Below, piece after piece: positions 28,059-37,492 of a DNA stretch of 64,000 bases. Source of the stretch: an uncultured Nitrospiraceae bacterium. Lineage in GTDB: Bacteria > Nitrospirota > Thermodesulfovibrionia > Thermodesulfovibrionales > SM23-35. Numbering within the stretch: the stretch's first letter is position 1; every line of letters starts with the position of its first letter. The notes beneath the pieces are model-generated. The model was not told the origin of the DNA and did no database searches. It saw nothing but the letters and a program-made list of their open reading frames with translations. Made by a program: the position numbers and the translations under genes. The stretch is taken from NCBI GenBank assembly GCA_937138415.1, contig CAKZPA010000033.1, forward strand, positions 124,511-188,510, given 5' to 3'.

Positions 28059-28598
28059 TCACCCCTTTAATAACTCATCTTTTAAAAGCCGTAGCTGGCC
28101 TTTTAAGCTCGTGTCATACATGGTGCTTCCGATCCTGACGAGAACCCCGCCAAGGAGGGAAGGGTCTATCGTGTACTCTATGTCAAGCTCCCTATCCGTT
28201 ACCTTTTTTAGAGAGGTCCTGAGCTTTGCCTCCTGCTCTCCGGTAATCGGGAGAGGCGTCATGATGATCGCTTTCGCTTTTTTCTTCTTCTCGAGGTAAA
28301 GATTCGTCGCGATCCGGATGACCTCCCACAGGGCCTGAATGACGCCGACCTCCGACAGGTGGAGAATAAACTTGACGGTGTAGTCGGACAATTTCAGTTT
28401 CCCGGTCATCTGCTTGATGACCGCCGTCCGCTCGTCACTCGAGAACATCGGGTTCACGAGGAGGCTCTTGAACTCTTTGCTCGCCTCCATATAATCGTGA
28501 ATCATGGTGAGCTCGGACAGGATCTGGGGGATTGTTTCAAGATCGACACTCCTCAACAATGCCTTTGCGTACCTGCTTGCTTGTTTAACGGGCTTCAC
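28059..28598 (-). CDS. atpH: F1 ATP synthase delta (OSCP) subunit
   Basis: 179 aa. The position between b and alpha and the OSCP-like sequence (YAKALL...) support the call. Confidence 0.9.
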   Translation of the reverse strand: MKPVKQASRYAKALLRSVDLETIPQILSELTMIHDYMEASKEFKSLLVNPMFSSDERTAVIKQMTGKLKLSDYTVKFILHLSEVGVIQALWEVIRIATNLYLEKKKKAKAIIMTPLPITGEQEAKLRTSLKKVTDRELDIEYTIDPSLLGGVLVRIGSTMYDTSLKGQLRLLKDELLKG

Positions 28599-29209
28599 CC
28601 TTTGCCTCCTATTCTCAACAGAGCGTCTTCAAGAAGCTTTTCTTGTTCCTTCGTGGTCAACTTTTCTTTGATTTTCTGCTCCGCGAGTTCCATCGCCAGT
28701 TCGACCGCTTCGGCCTTGATCGCCTCTTTTGCGTGTTTCAATTCGAAATCGATGTTTGTTTTCGCCTGCTCCATGATCTTCGCCTTCAACCGATCGCTCT
28801 CGGCGATGATCGCTTCCCTCTCCTGCTCGCCCGATTTCTTTGCCGCAGCGAGGATCGCTTCCACCTCCGCATCCTTCGCTCTCAGGCGCGCCTCGACTTC
28901 CTGGAGCGCCTTCATAGAAGCATCTTTCGCTTCCTTCGCCTCATTGAGGGTCTTTTCGATCATTTCCGTCCGCTTCTGGAAGAAACTTTGCATCGGTTTT
29001 CTGGCAAATTTAAAGAGGAGCACGACGAGGATGAGGAAGTTGATGATCTTCCATATATAATCCTTCCACCACGGCGCAACGTGTCCCCCTTCGCCACCAG
29101 CGGAACCTGCCATGAGAAGGGACGTAACCGCAAACGTGCTCACGATGAAAAACATCACCTGAACCATTCTCTTCGTACCGGCTATGCTATGGCGTGGTAT
29201 GTTTCTCAT
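28595..29209 (-). CDS. atpF: Fo ATP synthase b subunit (with N-terminal extension)
   Basis: A TM helix is followed by a long charged coiled coil. 4-nt overlaps with both neighbours. Confidence 0.88.
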   Translation of the reverse strand: MRNIPRHSIAGTKRMVQVMFFIVSTFAVTSLLMAGSAGGEGGHVAPWWKDYIWKIINFLILVVLLFKFARKPMQSFFQKRTEMIEKTLNEAKEAKDASMKALQEVEARLRAKDAEVEAILAAAKKSGEQEREAIIAESDRLKAKIMEQAKTNIDFELKHAKEAIKAEAVELAMELAEQKIKEKLTTKEQEKLLEDALLRIGGKG

Positions 29210-29625
29210 ACATTCACCAGCTTTCTTACGATTTCGTCGGAGAACCGGTCAACGTCGGCCCGGAGAGCCTGACGGGCCTTTTCGGCGTCGGCTTTAATCT
29301 CGGCCTTCGCTTTCTCCAGCATTGCGAGTGCTTCCGCCTCCGTCGCCGAGAGAACTTCGCGCTGTTTGTTCAGTCCCTCGGCTTTCAGCGACTCGAAGAT
29401 CTCCTTTGCCTTGCTCCGAGCTTCTGCAATCTCTCTGTTGAGCCTGGCAATTCCTTCCTCGCTCTTCTCCCGCATCTCTCTCGCAGCGTCAAGGTCTCCT
29501 TTCACAGTGTCTTCCCGCTCTTTGAAAATCTGGAGGAGGGGTTTGAAGAGGATTGCGTTGAGGATAAAGAGGAGGATAATAAAATTGACGAAAAGGACGA
29601 AGAACCACTTGTTAAATTCTAACAT
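29206..29625 (-). CDS. Fo ATP synthase b' subunit
   Basis: 139 aa. An N-terminal TM helix (FVLFVNFIILLFILNAILF) is followed by a coiled coil. It is the second b-type gene, directly upstream of atpF. Confidence 0.85.
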   Translation of the reverse strand: MLEFNKWFFVLFVNFIILLFILNAILFKPLLQIFKEREDTVKGDLDAAREMREKSEEGIARLNREIAEARSKAKEIFESLKAEGLNKQREVLSATEAEALAMLEKAKAEIKADAEKARQALRADVDRFSDEIVRKLVNV

Positions 29626-29790
29626 CGTTCACCTTCCCTCAAGAAGTTTAAGAAAAGCGACAAAAGCATATCACACGCCAAAAATGATTGTCAAGAGATT
29701 TTTGCCGATACAATGGCGATGAATAAAAGAGCGTCGATGCGCGATAAGTCGTTGAATATTCCTTCAAAATCAGTGTGATAGAATACTACC

Positions 29791-30921
29791 ATGTTCGAGG
29801 AACACCTCGCGCGCCTGAGAAAGGTAAATCTCGAGAGAAAAATCCGGGACAGGGAATCACCGCAGGGACCGCGAATTGTCATTCACGGAAAGGAATACGT
29901 TCAGTTCGCGTCGAACGATTATCTCGGCCTCGCCGCAGATCCCTCCCTCGTCAATAAGGCGGCTGAAGCAATGACCCGTTTCGGCTTCGGAGCGGGAGCG
30001 TCGCGCCTCCTGTGCGGAGGGAGCTCTCTTCACGGGGAACTCGAAAAGAAGATGGCATCCTTCAAAGGCACCGAATCCGCTCTCGTCTTCAATTCCGGAT
30101 ACTCGGCAAATGTCGGCGCGATTCAGGCGCTCGGCACCGCAGATACCGTCTTGTTCAGTGACGAACTCAATCACGCGAGCATCATCGATGGGTGCAGGCT
30201 CAGCAGATCCGCGACGATCGTCTACCGTCATAAAGATACGGCAGACCTCGAGGCGTGTTTGAAGAAGAAGCCGTCATCGAGAAAGATCGTCATTACGGAT
30301 GCCGTCTTCAGCATGGATGGCGATATCGCGCCCATCCCAGACATCGTGCGCCTTTGCAGGGCTTATGGTGCGTATCTTTACGTCGACGAAGCGCACGCGA
30401 CGGGGGTGATCGGGAAAGGGAGGGGTGTCTTCCCGCATTTCTCTCTTGGTCCGGAGCCGTGGATCATCCAGATGGGAACCTTTTCCAAAGCGCTTGGATC
30501 ATTTGGCGGTTTCGTCGCCGGCACCGCGGAGACGATCGAGTGGGCGGTCAATACCGCACGGAGTTTGATCTTTTCGACGGCGCTGCCGGCCTGCGTCATC
30601 GCTGCGTCGCTTGCCGCTCTCGAGCTCGTCGAATCGGATTCGCAGAGGATCGATCGATTGTGGAGAAACAGGGAAAAACTCGCCCGGGGGTTGACCGCTG
30701 CGGGGTTCGACATTTCGGGAAGCGAAACGCCCATCATTCCTCTTCGCACGGGGAGCATCGAGAATACGCTCCGTGTTGCGGGATACCTGCGCGAGCAGGG
30801 CATCTTTGCTCCGGCAATAAGGCCCCCTGCCGTCAGGGAATCGCGAATCAGGATAACGGTCACCGCAGCGCACACGGACGAAGACATCGAGAGACTGCTC
30901 GAAGCAGTGAAAAAAATATGA
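29791..30921 (+). CDS. bioF: 8-amino-7-oxononanoate synthase (or closely related alpha-oxoamine synthase)
   Basis: FASNDYLGLA, DEAHATG and TFSKALGSFGG (PLP lysine). Confidence 0.8.
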   Translation: MFEEHLARLRKVNLERKIRDRESPQGPRIVIHGKEYVQFASNDYLGLAADPSLVNKAAEAMTRFGFGAGASRLLCGGSSLHGELEKKMASFKGTESALVFNSGYSANVGAIQALGTADTVLFSDELNHASIIDGCRLSRSATIVYRHKDTADLEACLKKKPSSRKIVITDAVFSMDGDIAPIPDIVRLCRAYGAYLYVDEAHATGVIGKGRGVFPHFSLGPEPWIIQMGTFSKALGSFGGFVAGTAETIEWAVNTARSLIFSTALPACVIAASLAALELVESDSQRIDRLWRNREKLARGLTAAGFDISGSETPIIPLRTGSIENTLRVAGYLREQGIFAPAIRPPAVRESRIRITVTAAHTDEDIERLLEAVKKI

Positions 30922-31176
30922 CAGACGGTGCCCGATGGGTCAGGGAGCGACGGTTATTCCGAAAGCGAGCGCCGAGAACCCCGCGGCACTCGAGGGCTGA
31001 AGAGTCACATCGCATTCTGTCATTCTCCGGCTTGCCCGCCCGCCGGTTTCTTGGAAGGACCGGAGAATCGAGTTCCTTCATAATCCCCTCTGTTCAGGTC
31101 GATTGCCCCAACAAGTGCCGGCGGCCATCGGCAACTGCAATTGAGTCGATCAACGGAATCTTTATTGTTTTAGACT

Positions 31177-32049
31177 TTAGACCAACTTCAGATCCGTCAG
31201 AACCTTCCTCAATTTTTCTTTGTTCGCGGGTGCCATTTCACAGAGCGGCATCCTGAACTCCTCCTGAATCTTCCCCATCATCGCGAGCGCCGTCTTCACC
31301 GGTATCGGGTTCGTCTCGATGAACATCGCGGCATTCAATGGTTCCAATGTGTAGTGGATCGCCCGCGCCTTCTCTATCTGTCCCTTCATCCAGGAAGAGC
31401 ACATCTGAGACACTTCTTTCGGCATCACATTGGCGGTGACCGAAATAACGCCTTTGCCCCCGAGAGCGAGGAGAGGAAGCGTCGTGAAATCATCACCTGA
31501 GATGACCGTGATCCTGTCTCCGCAGAGCCTGATGACTTCGCTCACCTGCTTCATGTCTCCGGTTGCTTCTTTGATCGCGACGATATTCTTGATCTCGGCA
31601 AGCCGTGCAACGGTGGCAGGCAAGAGATTGACACCGGTTCGCCCCGGCACGTTATAGAGGACGATCGGTATGTCGATTTTTTCGGCGACGACTTTATAGT
31701 GACGGTAGAGGCCCTCCTGCGTCGGCTTATTATAATATGGTGTGACGAGCAACGCGGCGTTCGCGCCGGATTTCTTCGCGTGTTTCGTGATCTCGATCGT
31801 CTCGTCCGTCGAGTTGGCGCCGGTACCGGCGATGACCGGTATGCGCCCGTTAACCGTCTTCACCGCGATATCGATGACCCTGTAATGTTCCTTATAGTCG
31901 AGCGTCGACGCCTCCCCAGTCGTCCCGCACGGCACGATCGCATTCGTCCCCTGCGCGATATGCCACTCGATGAGGTCACCGAAGGCTTTTTCGTCGACCT
32001 TCCCCTTTTTGAACGGCGTGACGATAGCAACAATAGAACCTTGTATCAT
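31177..32049 (-). CDS. dapA: 4-hydroxy-tetrahydrodipicolinate synthase
   Basis: GSIVAIVTPF...GTTGE...YNVPGRT motifs. The start is set at MIQGS after GGAGGA. Confidence 0.93.
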   Translation of the reverse strand: MIQGSIVAIVTPFKKGKVDEKAFGDLIEWHIAQGTNAIVPCGTTGEASTLDYKEHYRVIDIAVKTVNGRIPVIAGTGANSTDETIEITKHAKKSGANAALLVTPYYNKPTQEGLYRHYKVVAEKIDIPIVLYNVPGRTGVNLLPATVARLAEIKNIVAIKEATGDMKQVSEVIRLCGDRITVISGDDFTTLPLLALGGKGVISVTANVMPKEVSQMCSSWMKGQIEKARAIHYTLEPLNAAMFIETNPIPVKTALAMMGKIQEEFRMPLCEMAPANKEKLRKVLTDLKLV

Positions 32050-32091
32050 TTCTTCCTCCTTTTTCGTGGAGTTTGCGGCAAACTCCATGTG

Positions 32092-32928
32092 TTAAGAAAT
32101 ATCGACAACCCCTTCGAACACCTGAACGGCAGGTCCCGTCATGTATACGTGCCCGTCCAATGACTGTTCAATAAGCAGATCGCCGCCCGGAAGGTGCACA
32201 GTCACGATAGCGGCGGTGAGTCCTTTCAGCGAAGATGCGACGGCTGCCGCGCATGCGCCTGTCCCGCACGCCAGGGTCTCACCGGACCCTCTTTCCCAGA
32301 CTCGCACCCGTAGCTCATCACTGCCGATCACCTGAACGAACTCCACATTCGTCCGACGGGGAAAGAGGGGATGCGTCTCGATGAGAGGCCCGTAGAGCGA
32401 TACCGGGAACCCGGAAATATCGTCAACGAAGATCACGGCGTGGGGATTCCCCATCGAAACACAGGTGATGCTGAATTCCCGGTCCGTCATCCGGAGGGGA
32501 AAATCCATGACCCGAGACGACGAGATTGCAACCGGTATCCTCTCCGGATCCAGGATCGGTTCGCCCATATCGACTTTGACGAGATCCCCCGACTTCTCGG
32601 GTCGGATCGTCCCGGCGAGCGTCTCGATTTCGAGTACGCTCTTTTCCGAGAGTCTTCTGTCCCAGATATATTTCGCGAGGCACCGTATGCCGTTCCCGCA
32701 CATCTCCACTTCGCTCCCGTCGGCATTTATGATCCTCATACGAAAATCCGCCTCCTTCGAATCCTCGAGGAGCAGGATCTGATCGGCACCAATGCCGAAT
32801 CTTCTCTCGCAGAGCCGCCTGCTGAGGTCCCGAAGATCCTGCGATGCCGAGGGGCACGCCTGTTCTCGGCAATCGATGAGAATGAAATCATTGCCCAGGC
32901 CATGCATCTTCGTGAAACGCAAGTTCAT
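32092..32928 (-). CDS. dapF: Diaminopimelate epimerase
   Basis: FTKMHGLGNDFILID, with the two catalytic Cys contexts MCGNG and ACGTGA. The start is set at MNLRF. Confidence 0.92.
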   Translation of the reverse strand: MNLRFTKMHGLGNDFILIDCREQACPSASQDLRDLSRRLCERRFGIGADQILLLEDSKEADFRMRIINADGSEVEMCGNGIRCLAKYIWDRRLSEKSVLEIETLAGTIRPEKSGDLVKVDMGEPILDPERIPVAISSSRVMDFPLRMTDREFSITCVSMGNPHAVIFVDDISGFPVSLYGPLIETHPLFPRRTNVEFVQVIGSDELRVRVWERGSGETLACGTGACAAAVASSLKGLTAAIVTVHLPGGDLLIEQSLDGHVYMTGPAVQVFEGVVDIS

Positions 32929-32989
32929 CCTTGTTTTTCCGGAAAGATTCCCGTCGAGCGGGAATGACAAACAGGTTCCTGAGAATCTT

Positions 32990-34246
32990 TCATCTTAAGA
33001 ATGGAGGGATCCGGTCGTACCTGACAAGGTCGTCGTAGGTCTCGCGCTCCCTGATCAGGAAGTGCTTTTCCCCCTTCACGAGAACCTCCGCCGCCCGCGG
33101 CCTGCTGTTATAGTTGGAACTCATCGAGAATCCGTAAGCGCCCGCGCTCATGACCGCGAGGTACTCGCCCTGTCGCACTATCGGCATCTCCCTCCCCCTC
33201 GCGAGAAAGTCACCGGACTCGCATATCGGCCCGACGACATCGTAGACGGCCTTCTTTCTCTTCCTCTTCACCACGGGGAAAATGTTGTGGTACGCGTCAT
33301 AGAGAGAAGGCCGAATGAGATCGTTCATGCCGGCGTCCACGATAAGAAATTTCTTGTCGACCCCTTTTTTGATGTAGAGGGACCTCGTAACCAGTATCCC
33401 GGCGTTTCCGACAATAGACCTGCCCGGTTCCGTGATGAGCGTCAGGTTTCTGCCTTTCAAAAGGGGCATCAGGCCCTTCGCCAGATCTTGTGGGTCGGGC
33501 GGTACTTCGTTTTGGTAGGTAATGCCGAGGCCTCCGCCCACATCGAGGTATCTCAGGGACACACCTCTCGCGGCGAGGTCGTCGATGAGGCGCAAAACCC
33601 GCTCGAGGGCGTCAACGAACGGGGAAACAGTGGTGATTTGCGACCCGATATGTGTATGGACACCCACAACAAAGACATTGCCGAGCTTTGCCGCCAGCCG
33701 GTAATATTCGAGCGCCATCTCTATCGGTATCCCGAATTTATGCTTCTTCATACCGGTCGTGATATAGGGGTGCGTGCCCGGATCTATGTCCGGGTTGATC
33801 CGCAGCGCGATCGGCGCTTTTGTTTGCATGCGTCGCGCCACCTTGTCGATCTCCCTCAGCTCGTTCTCTGACTCTACGTTGAACATGAGGATTTTCGATC
33901 TGAGGGCAAATGCGATTTCATCGTCGGTTTTGCCGACTCCCGCATAGACGATCTTTTGCGAGGGGATTCCCGCTTTGAGCGCGACGAAGAGTTCTCCTCC
34001 CGAGACGATGTCGGCGCCGCCTCCCATCTTCGCGAACAGTCTCAAGATGGCGCTATTCGAGTTCGCTTTCACCGCGAAGCAGGTCACGTGAGGATAACCG
34101 TCGAAGGCGGTCTCGTACGCCTGGAAATGCCTGCGCAGCGTCTGATAACTATAAACATAGAGCGGCGTGCCGTACCGTTCGGCGAGAATCCTCACCGGCA
34201 CGTCTTCGGCGTGCAACTCGCCTGCGCGATAGTGAAAGTGGTGCAT
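32990..34246 (-). CDS. lysA: Diaminopimelate decarboxylase
   Basis: FAVKAN (PLP Lys), GGGLGI and CESGD motifs. 418 aa. Confidence 0.93.
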   Translation of the reverse strand: MHHFHYRAGELHAEDVPVRILAERYGTPLYVYSYQTLRRHFQAYETAFDGYPHVTCFAVKANSNSAILRLFAKMGGGADIVSGGELFVALKAGIPSQKIVYAGVGKTDDEIAFALRSKILMFNVESENELREIDKVARRMQTKAPIALRINPDIDPGTHPYITTGMKKHKFGIPIEMALEYYRLAAKLGNVFVVGVHTHIGSQITTVSPFVDALERVLRLIDDLAARGVSLRYLDVGGGLGITYQNEVPPDPQDLAKGLMPLLKGRNLTLITEPGRSIVGNAGILVTRSLYIKKGVDKKFLIVDAGMNDLIRPSLYDAYHNIFPVVKRKRKKAVYDVVGPICESGDFLARGREMPIVRQGEYLAVMSAGAYGFSMSSNYNSRPRAAEVLVKGEKHFLIRERETYDDLVRYDRIPPFLR

Positions 34247-34383
34247 GGTTCCCAGAGTGCAAATACGCGCTGTATTTTAAACACATTGCCGTTTTTTCCA
34301 CAAGATGACGACCAGCTCCGTCGTGCTTTTGCAGGGGTATCTATGGTACATTTGTATCCACATTACGTTGCCATGGAGGACGC

Positions 34384-36333
34384 GTGGGGAAAAACATCGT
34401 AGAAAAAATCGTCGAGGTTCACAAAGTATACGGCTCTCTCAAGCCGGGCACGCCTGTCGGCTTGAACGTTGACCAGGTCTACACGCAGGATGCGACCGGA
34501 ACCATGACGTGGCTCCAGTTCGAGGCGATCGGCGTCGATCGCGTGAACGTGCCGCTCGCCGTTTCTTACGTCGACCACAATATGATCCAATCGAACCACA
34601 TGAATGCAGACGACCACGTTTTTTTACAAACTGTCGCAGCGCGTTACGGCGCGTATTTTTCGAGACCCGGAAACGGCATCAGCCATCAGGTGCATCTCGA
34701 GCGGTTCGCCGCGCCCGGGAAAATAGCGCTCGGAACGGATAGCCACACACCGACCGGCGGAGGCATAGGGATGCTCGCAATTGGGGTCGGCGGACTCGAC
34801 GCTGCGACGGTGATGGCCGGCGCGCCGTTTGAATTGACGATGCCGCACGTCGTGCGCGTCACGTTGCAAGGCACCCTCGCACGGCCCTGGGTTACCGCGA
34901 TGGACATCATCCTGGAGATCTTGAGACGACTCACCGTGAAAGGCGGCGTGGGGAAGATCTTCGAATACGGCGGTCCCGGAGTCGCGGAACTGAGCGTGCC
35001 CGAGCGGGCGACGATCACGAATATGGGGGCAGAACTCGGGGCGACATCGTCGATCTTCCCGAGCGACAGGAGGACGAGGCGATTCCTGAAGGCGCAGGGG
35101 AGAGAATCCGATTGGGTGGAACTCCGCGCCGACCGGGACGCTCGCTACGCGGGGAGCATCGACATCGACCTATCCCGGATCGAACCGATGATAGCGCGTC
35201 CGCACAGTCCCGACAATGTGGTCCCTGTGCGGGAGCTTGCCGGGACGAGGGTGGATCAGGTGTGCATCGGCAGCTGCACGAACTCGTCATATGAGACCAT
35301 GAGGTCGGTCGCCTCCCTTCTCAAGGGCCGCTCCGTCGCGCGCGGGGTCAATCTCCTCGTCAACCCGGGATCGAAACAAGTTTACGAGATGCTTTCGCGC
35401 AAGGGAGCGATTGCCGATATGATAGGAGCTGGCGCCCGGATACTCGAATCGTCATGCGGGCCATGTATCGGCATGGGTGGAGCCCCTGGTACCGGACAGG
35501 TCTCCGTGAGGTCCTATAACCGGAACTTCAAGGGACGGAGCGGGACAAAGGATGCTTTCGTCTACTTGGCGAGTCCTATTACGTGCGCCGTATTCGCCCT
35601 CAGAGGGGAAATCGTCGATCCGAGAACTGCTGGGTTCGCCGCGGAGGCGACAAGGGAACCCCGGCGCTACGTCCAGAACGACAACATGATCGTGAAACCA
35701 CCCGAACATCCCTCAGCCGTTACGGTGATAAAGGGGCCGAACATCAGAGAGGTGCCGGTCAAAGAGCCGCTCGGGGATCGGATCGAAGCCGACGTGCTCC
35801 TCAAAGCATCCGATAACATCACGACGGATGACATCCTGCCGGCCGGGTCCACCATATTGCCTCTCCGTTCCAATATCCCCGCGATATCGGAGTATGTCTT
35901 CTCTGCGATCGACAGCACGTTCAGCAAACGGGCGAAAGAAGTCCGTGAAAAAGGCGGCGGGATCATTGTCGGCGGCGAGAATTACGGGCAGGGCTCCTCG
36001 AGAGAACACGCGGCGCTGGCACCGATGTTTCTCGGGGTTCAAGCCGTGATTGCCAAGTCGTTTGCCCGGATCCACCGGTCGAATCTGATAAATTTCGGCA
36101 TTGTGCCCTTTCTCTTCAGGAGCGGCGAAGATTACGAAAAAGTGAAGCAAGGGGACAGGTTGGTCATCGAACGGGTACTCGAATCCTTGCGAGGAAATCA
36201 GTCATACACCGTGAAGAACGTCACGGCGGATTATTCTTTCGTGGTATCGACCAATCTGAACGATCGCGAGCGGGAACTGATTTTCGCTGGTGGACTCCTG
36301 CCATACACGAAGAGACAAGTCTCGGGAGTTTGA
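34384..36333 (+). CDS. Aconitate hydratase (about 650-aa short aconitase type)
   Basis: GTDSHT, IGSCTNSS and SCGPCIGMG cluster-ligand motifs. GTG start after GGAGGA. Confidence 0.88.
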   Translation: MGKNIVEKIVEVHKVYGSLKPGTPVGLNVDQVYTQDATGTMTWLQFEAIGVDRVNVPLAVSYVDHNMIQSNHMNADDHVFLQTVAARYGAYFSRPGNGISHQVHLERFAAPGKIALGTDSHTPTGGGIGMLAIGVGGLDAATVMAGAPFELTMPHVVRVTLQGTLARPWVTAMDIILEILRRLTVKGGVGKIFEYGGPGVAELSVPERATITNMGAELGATSSIFPSDRRTRRFLKAQGRESDWVELRADRDARYAGSIDIDLSRIEPMIARPHSPDNVVPVRELAGTRVDQVCIGSCTNSSYETMRSVASLLKGRSVARGVNLLVNPGSKQVYEMLSRKGAIADMIGAGARILESSCGPCIGMGGAPGTGQVSVRSYNRNFKGRSGTKDAFVYLASPITCAVFALRGEIVDPRTAGFAAEATREPRRYVQNDNMIVKPPEHPSAVTVIKGPNIREVPVKEPLGDRIEADVLLKASDNITTDDILPAGSTILPLRSNIPAISEYVFSAIDSTFSKRAKEVREKGGGIIVGGENYGQGSSREHAALAPMFLGVQAVIAKSFARIHRSNLINFGIVPFLFRSGEDYEKVKQGDRLVIERVLESLRGNQSYTVKNVTADYSFVVSTNLNDRERELIFAGGLLPYTKRQVSGV

Positions 36334-36372
36334 CAATATTTGCCTGTGTCCTTTAGAGTATATGTCTAATCT

Positions 36373-36448
36373 GGGCCGCTAGCTCAGTAGGTAGAGCAAC
36401 GCCCTTTTAAGGCGTGGGTCGTTGGTTCGAATCCAACGCGGCTCACCA
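36373..36448 (+). tRNA. tRNA-Lys (anticodon UUU)
   Basis: Manual cloverleaf. Acceptor GGGCCGC/GCGGCUC, D arm GCUCAGUAGGUAGAGC, anticodon loop CUUUUAA, T arm GGUUCGAAUCC, and an encoded CCA. Confidence 0.92.
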
Positions 36449-36453
36449 GACGC

Positions 36454-36531
36454 GTCCCCATCGTCTAGCCCGGCCTAGGACATCGCCCTTTCAAGGCGGT
36501 AACACGGGTTCAAATCCCGTTGGGGACGCCA
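36454..36531 (+). tRNA. tRNA-Glu (anticodon UUC)
   Basis: Acceptor GUCCCCA/UGGGGAC, anticodon loop CUUUCAA, T arm GGGUUCAAAUCCC and an encoded CCA, followed by a T-run. It closely parallels the canonical bacterial tRNA-Glu layout. Confidence 0.9.
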
Positions 36532-37000
36532 ATTTTTTCAACCGATTAGCACCCTTCTGCTGGTGTCCGCTGCCGTAGTCTTTCCGAGAGCCATATCTTT
36601 ATATTATAAGCGATTGTAAGGCACATCCCGTTTATTGGCCTCGATACGTGTCGCTTCGAGAAGCGAAACAGAAAGGCGAAGGGAAATGGACTGAGTGGAA
36701 GGCTTCAAGTTCGGAAATATACTGCGTCCCTGGAGAGATGGACAGGCCGAAGGTACAGAGGATAGACTCTCCGCATGAGCGGAGAGAACCTTTAAAGAGA
36801 ACCCCCTCATAGACTGCAGAGATGACAAGGATAGATATTCTCCTTCGTTTACCTCACACTTGGCGGCCCTATACTCGCCGGAGAGGAGGCAGCTTCAGGA
36901 GAAGGGGGGTTCGGTCATTCCGCTCACCGCCCCGTGCCGATCCGAAAGAAGCCTCTCGCACCCTTGCATCCTTTCTGATTCGTACGCTATGATGCTCTGT

Positions 37001-37477
37001 ATGAAAGTTCTCAGGAAAAAAATGAGGCCGGACTGGGACGAATACTTCATCGGCATCGCAAAGGCCGTTTCCGCCAGAGCAACGTGCCTGCGGAGGAAAT
37101 ACGGGGCGGTCATCACGAAAGACAATATTATCGTGAGTACCGGCTACAATGGGGCCCCGGCGGGGATGAAGGACTGTCTCGAGGTGGGGAAGTGCACGAG
37201 GAAAGAACTGCAGATACCCCACGGGGAGAGGTACGAACTCTGCCACAGCGTGCACGCTGAAGCCAATGCCATCATCCGCGCGTCCGTCGATGAACTGCGA
37301 GGAGCGACGATATATATCGCAGGGAGCGATAGCTCGGAGCGCGAATGCGTATCGGAGCCCTGCATGATGTGCAAGAGGATGATCCTGAATGCCCGGATTG
37401 CGAAGGTTGTGTATTCTGATGGCAGGAACGGATTCAAGGTCATCGACCCGAAGAAGTGGCTAAAGAAAAGGGTATAG
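37001..37477 (+). CDS. dCMP deaminase (ComEB-type cytidine/deoxycytidylate deaminase)
   Basis: WDEYF..IA, HAEANAI and PCMMCKRMI zinc motifs. The start is uncertain (36989, 37001 or 37022). Confidence 0.85.
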   Translation: MKVLRKKMRPDWDEYFIGIAKAVSARATCLRRKYGAVITKDNIIVSTGYNGAPAGMKDCLEVGKCTRKELQIPHGERYELCHSVHAEANAIIRASVDELRGATIYIAGSDSSERECVSEPCMMCKRMILNARIAKVVYSDGRNGFKVIDPKKWLKKRV

Positions 37478-37492
37478 GCCGAAAAGGGAAAC

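Noticed and set aside
36858-36935. Possible tRNA-Sec or extra tRNA suggested by a CUUCAGG loop and a GGUUCGG segment
   Set aside because: No 7-9-bp acceptor stem can be drawn (only GGCGG/CCGCC pair), and the D and T arms do not fold. Not a tRNA.
36532-37000. RNase P RNA, tmRNA, SRP RNA or 6S RNA in the tRNA-distal gap
   Set aside because: The invariant strings I looked for are absent on both strands: GAGGAAAGUCC, the tmRNA tRNA-like ends, and the SRP GGAA tetraloop-helix 8 motif. 6S cannot be judged without folding software. An 8-nt direct repeat GCACCCTT (36549 and 36958) is too short to argue for an att site.
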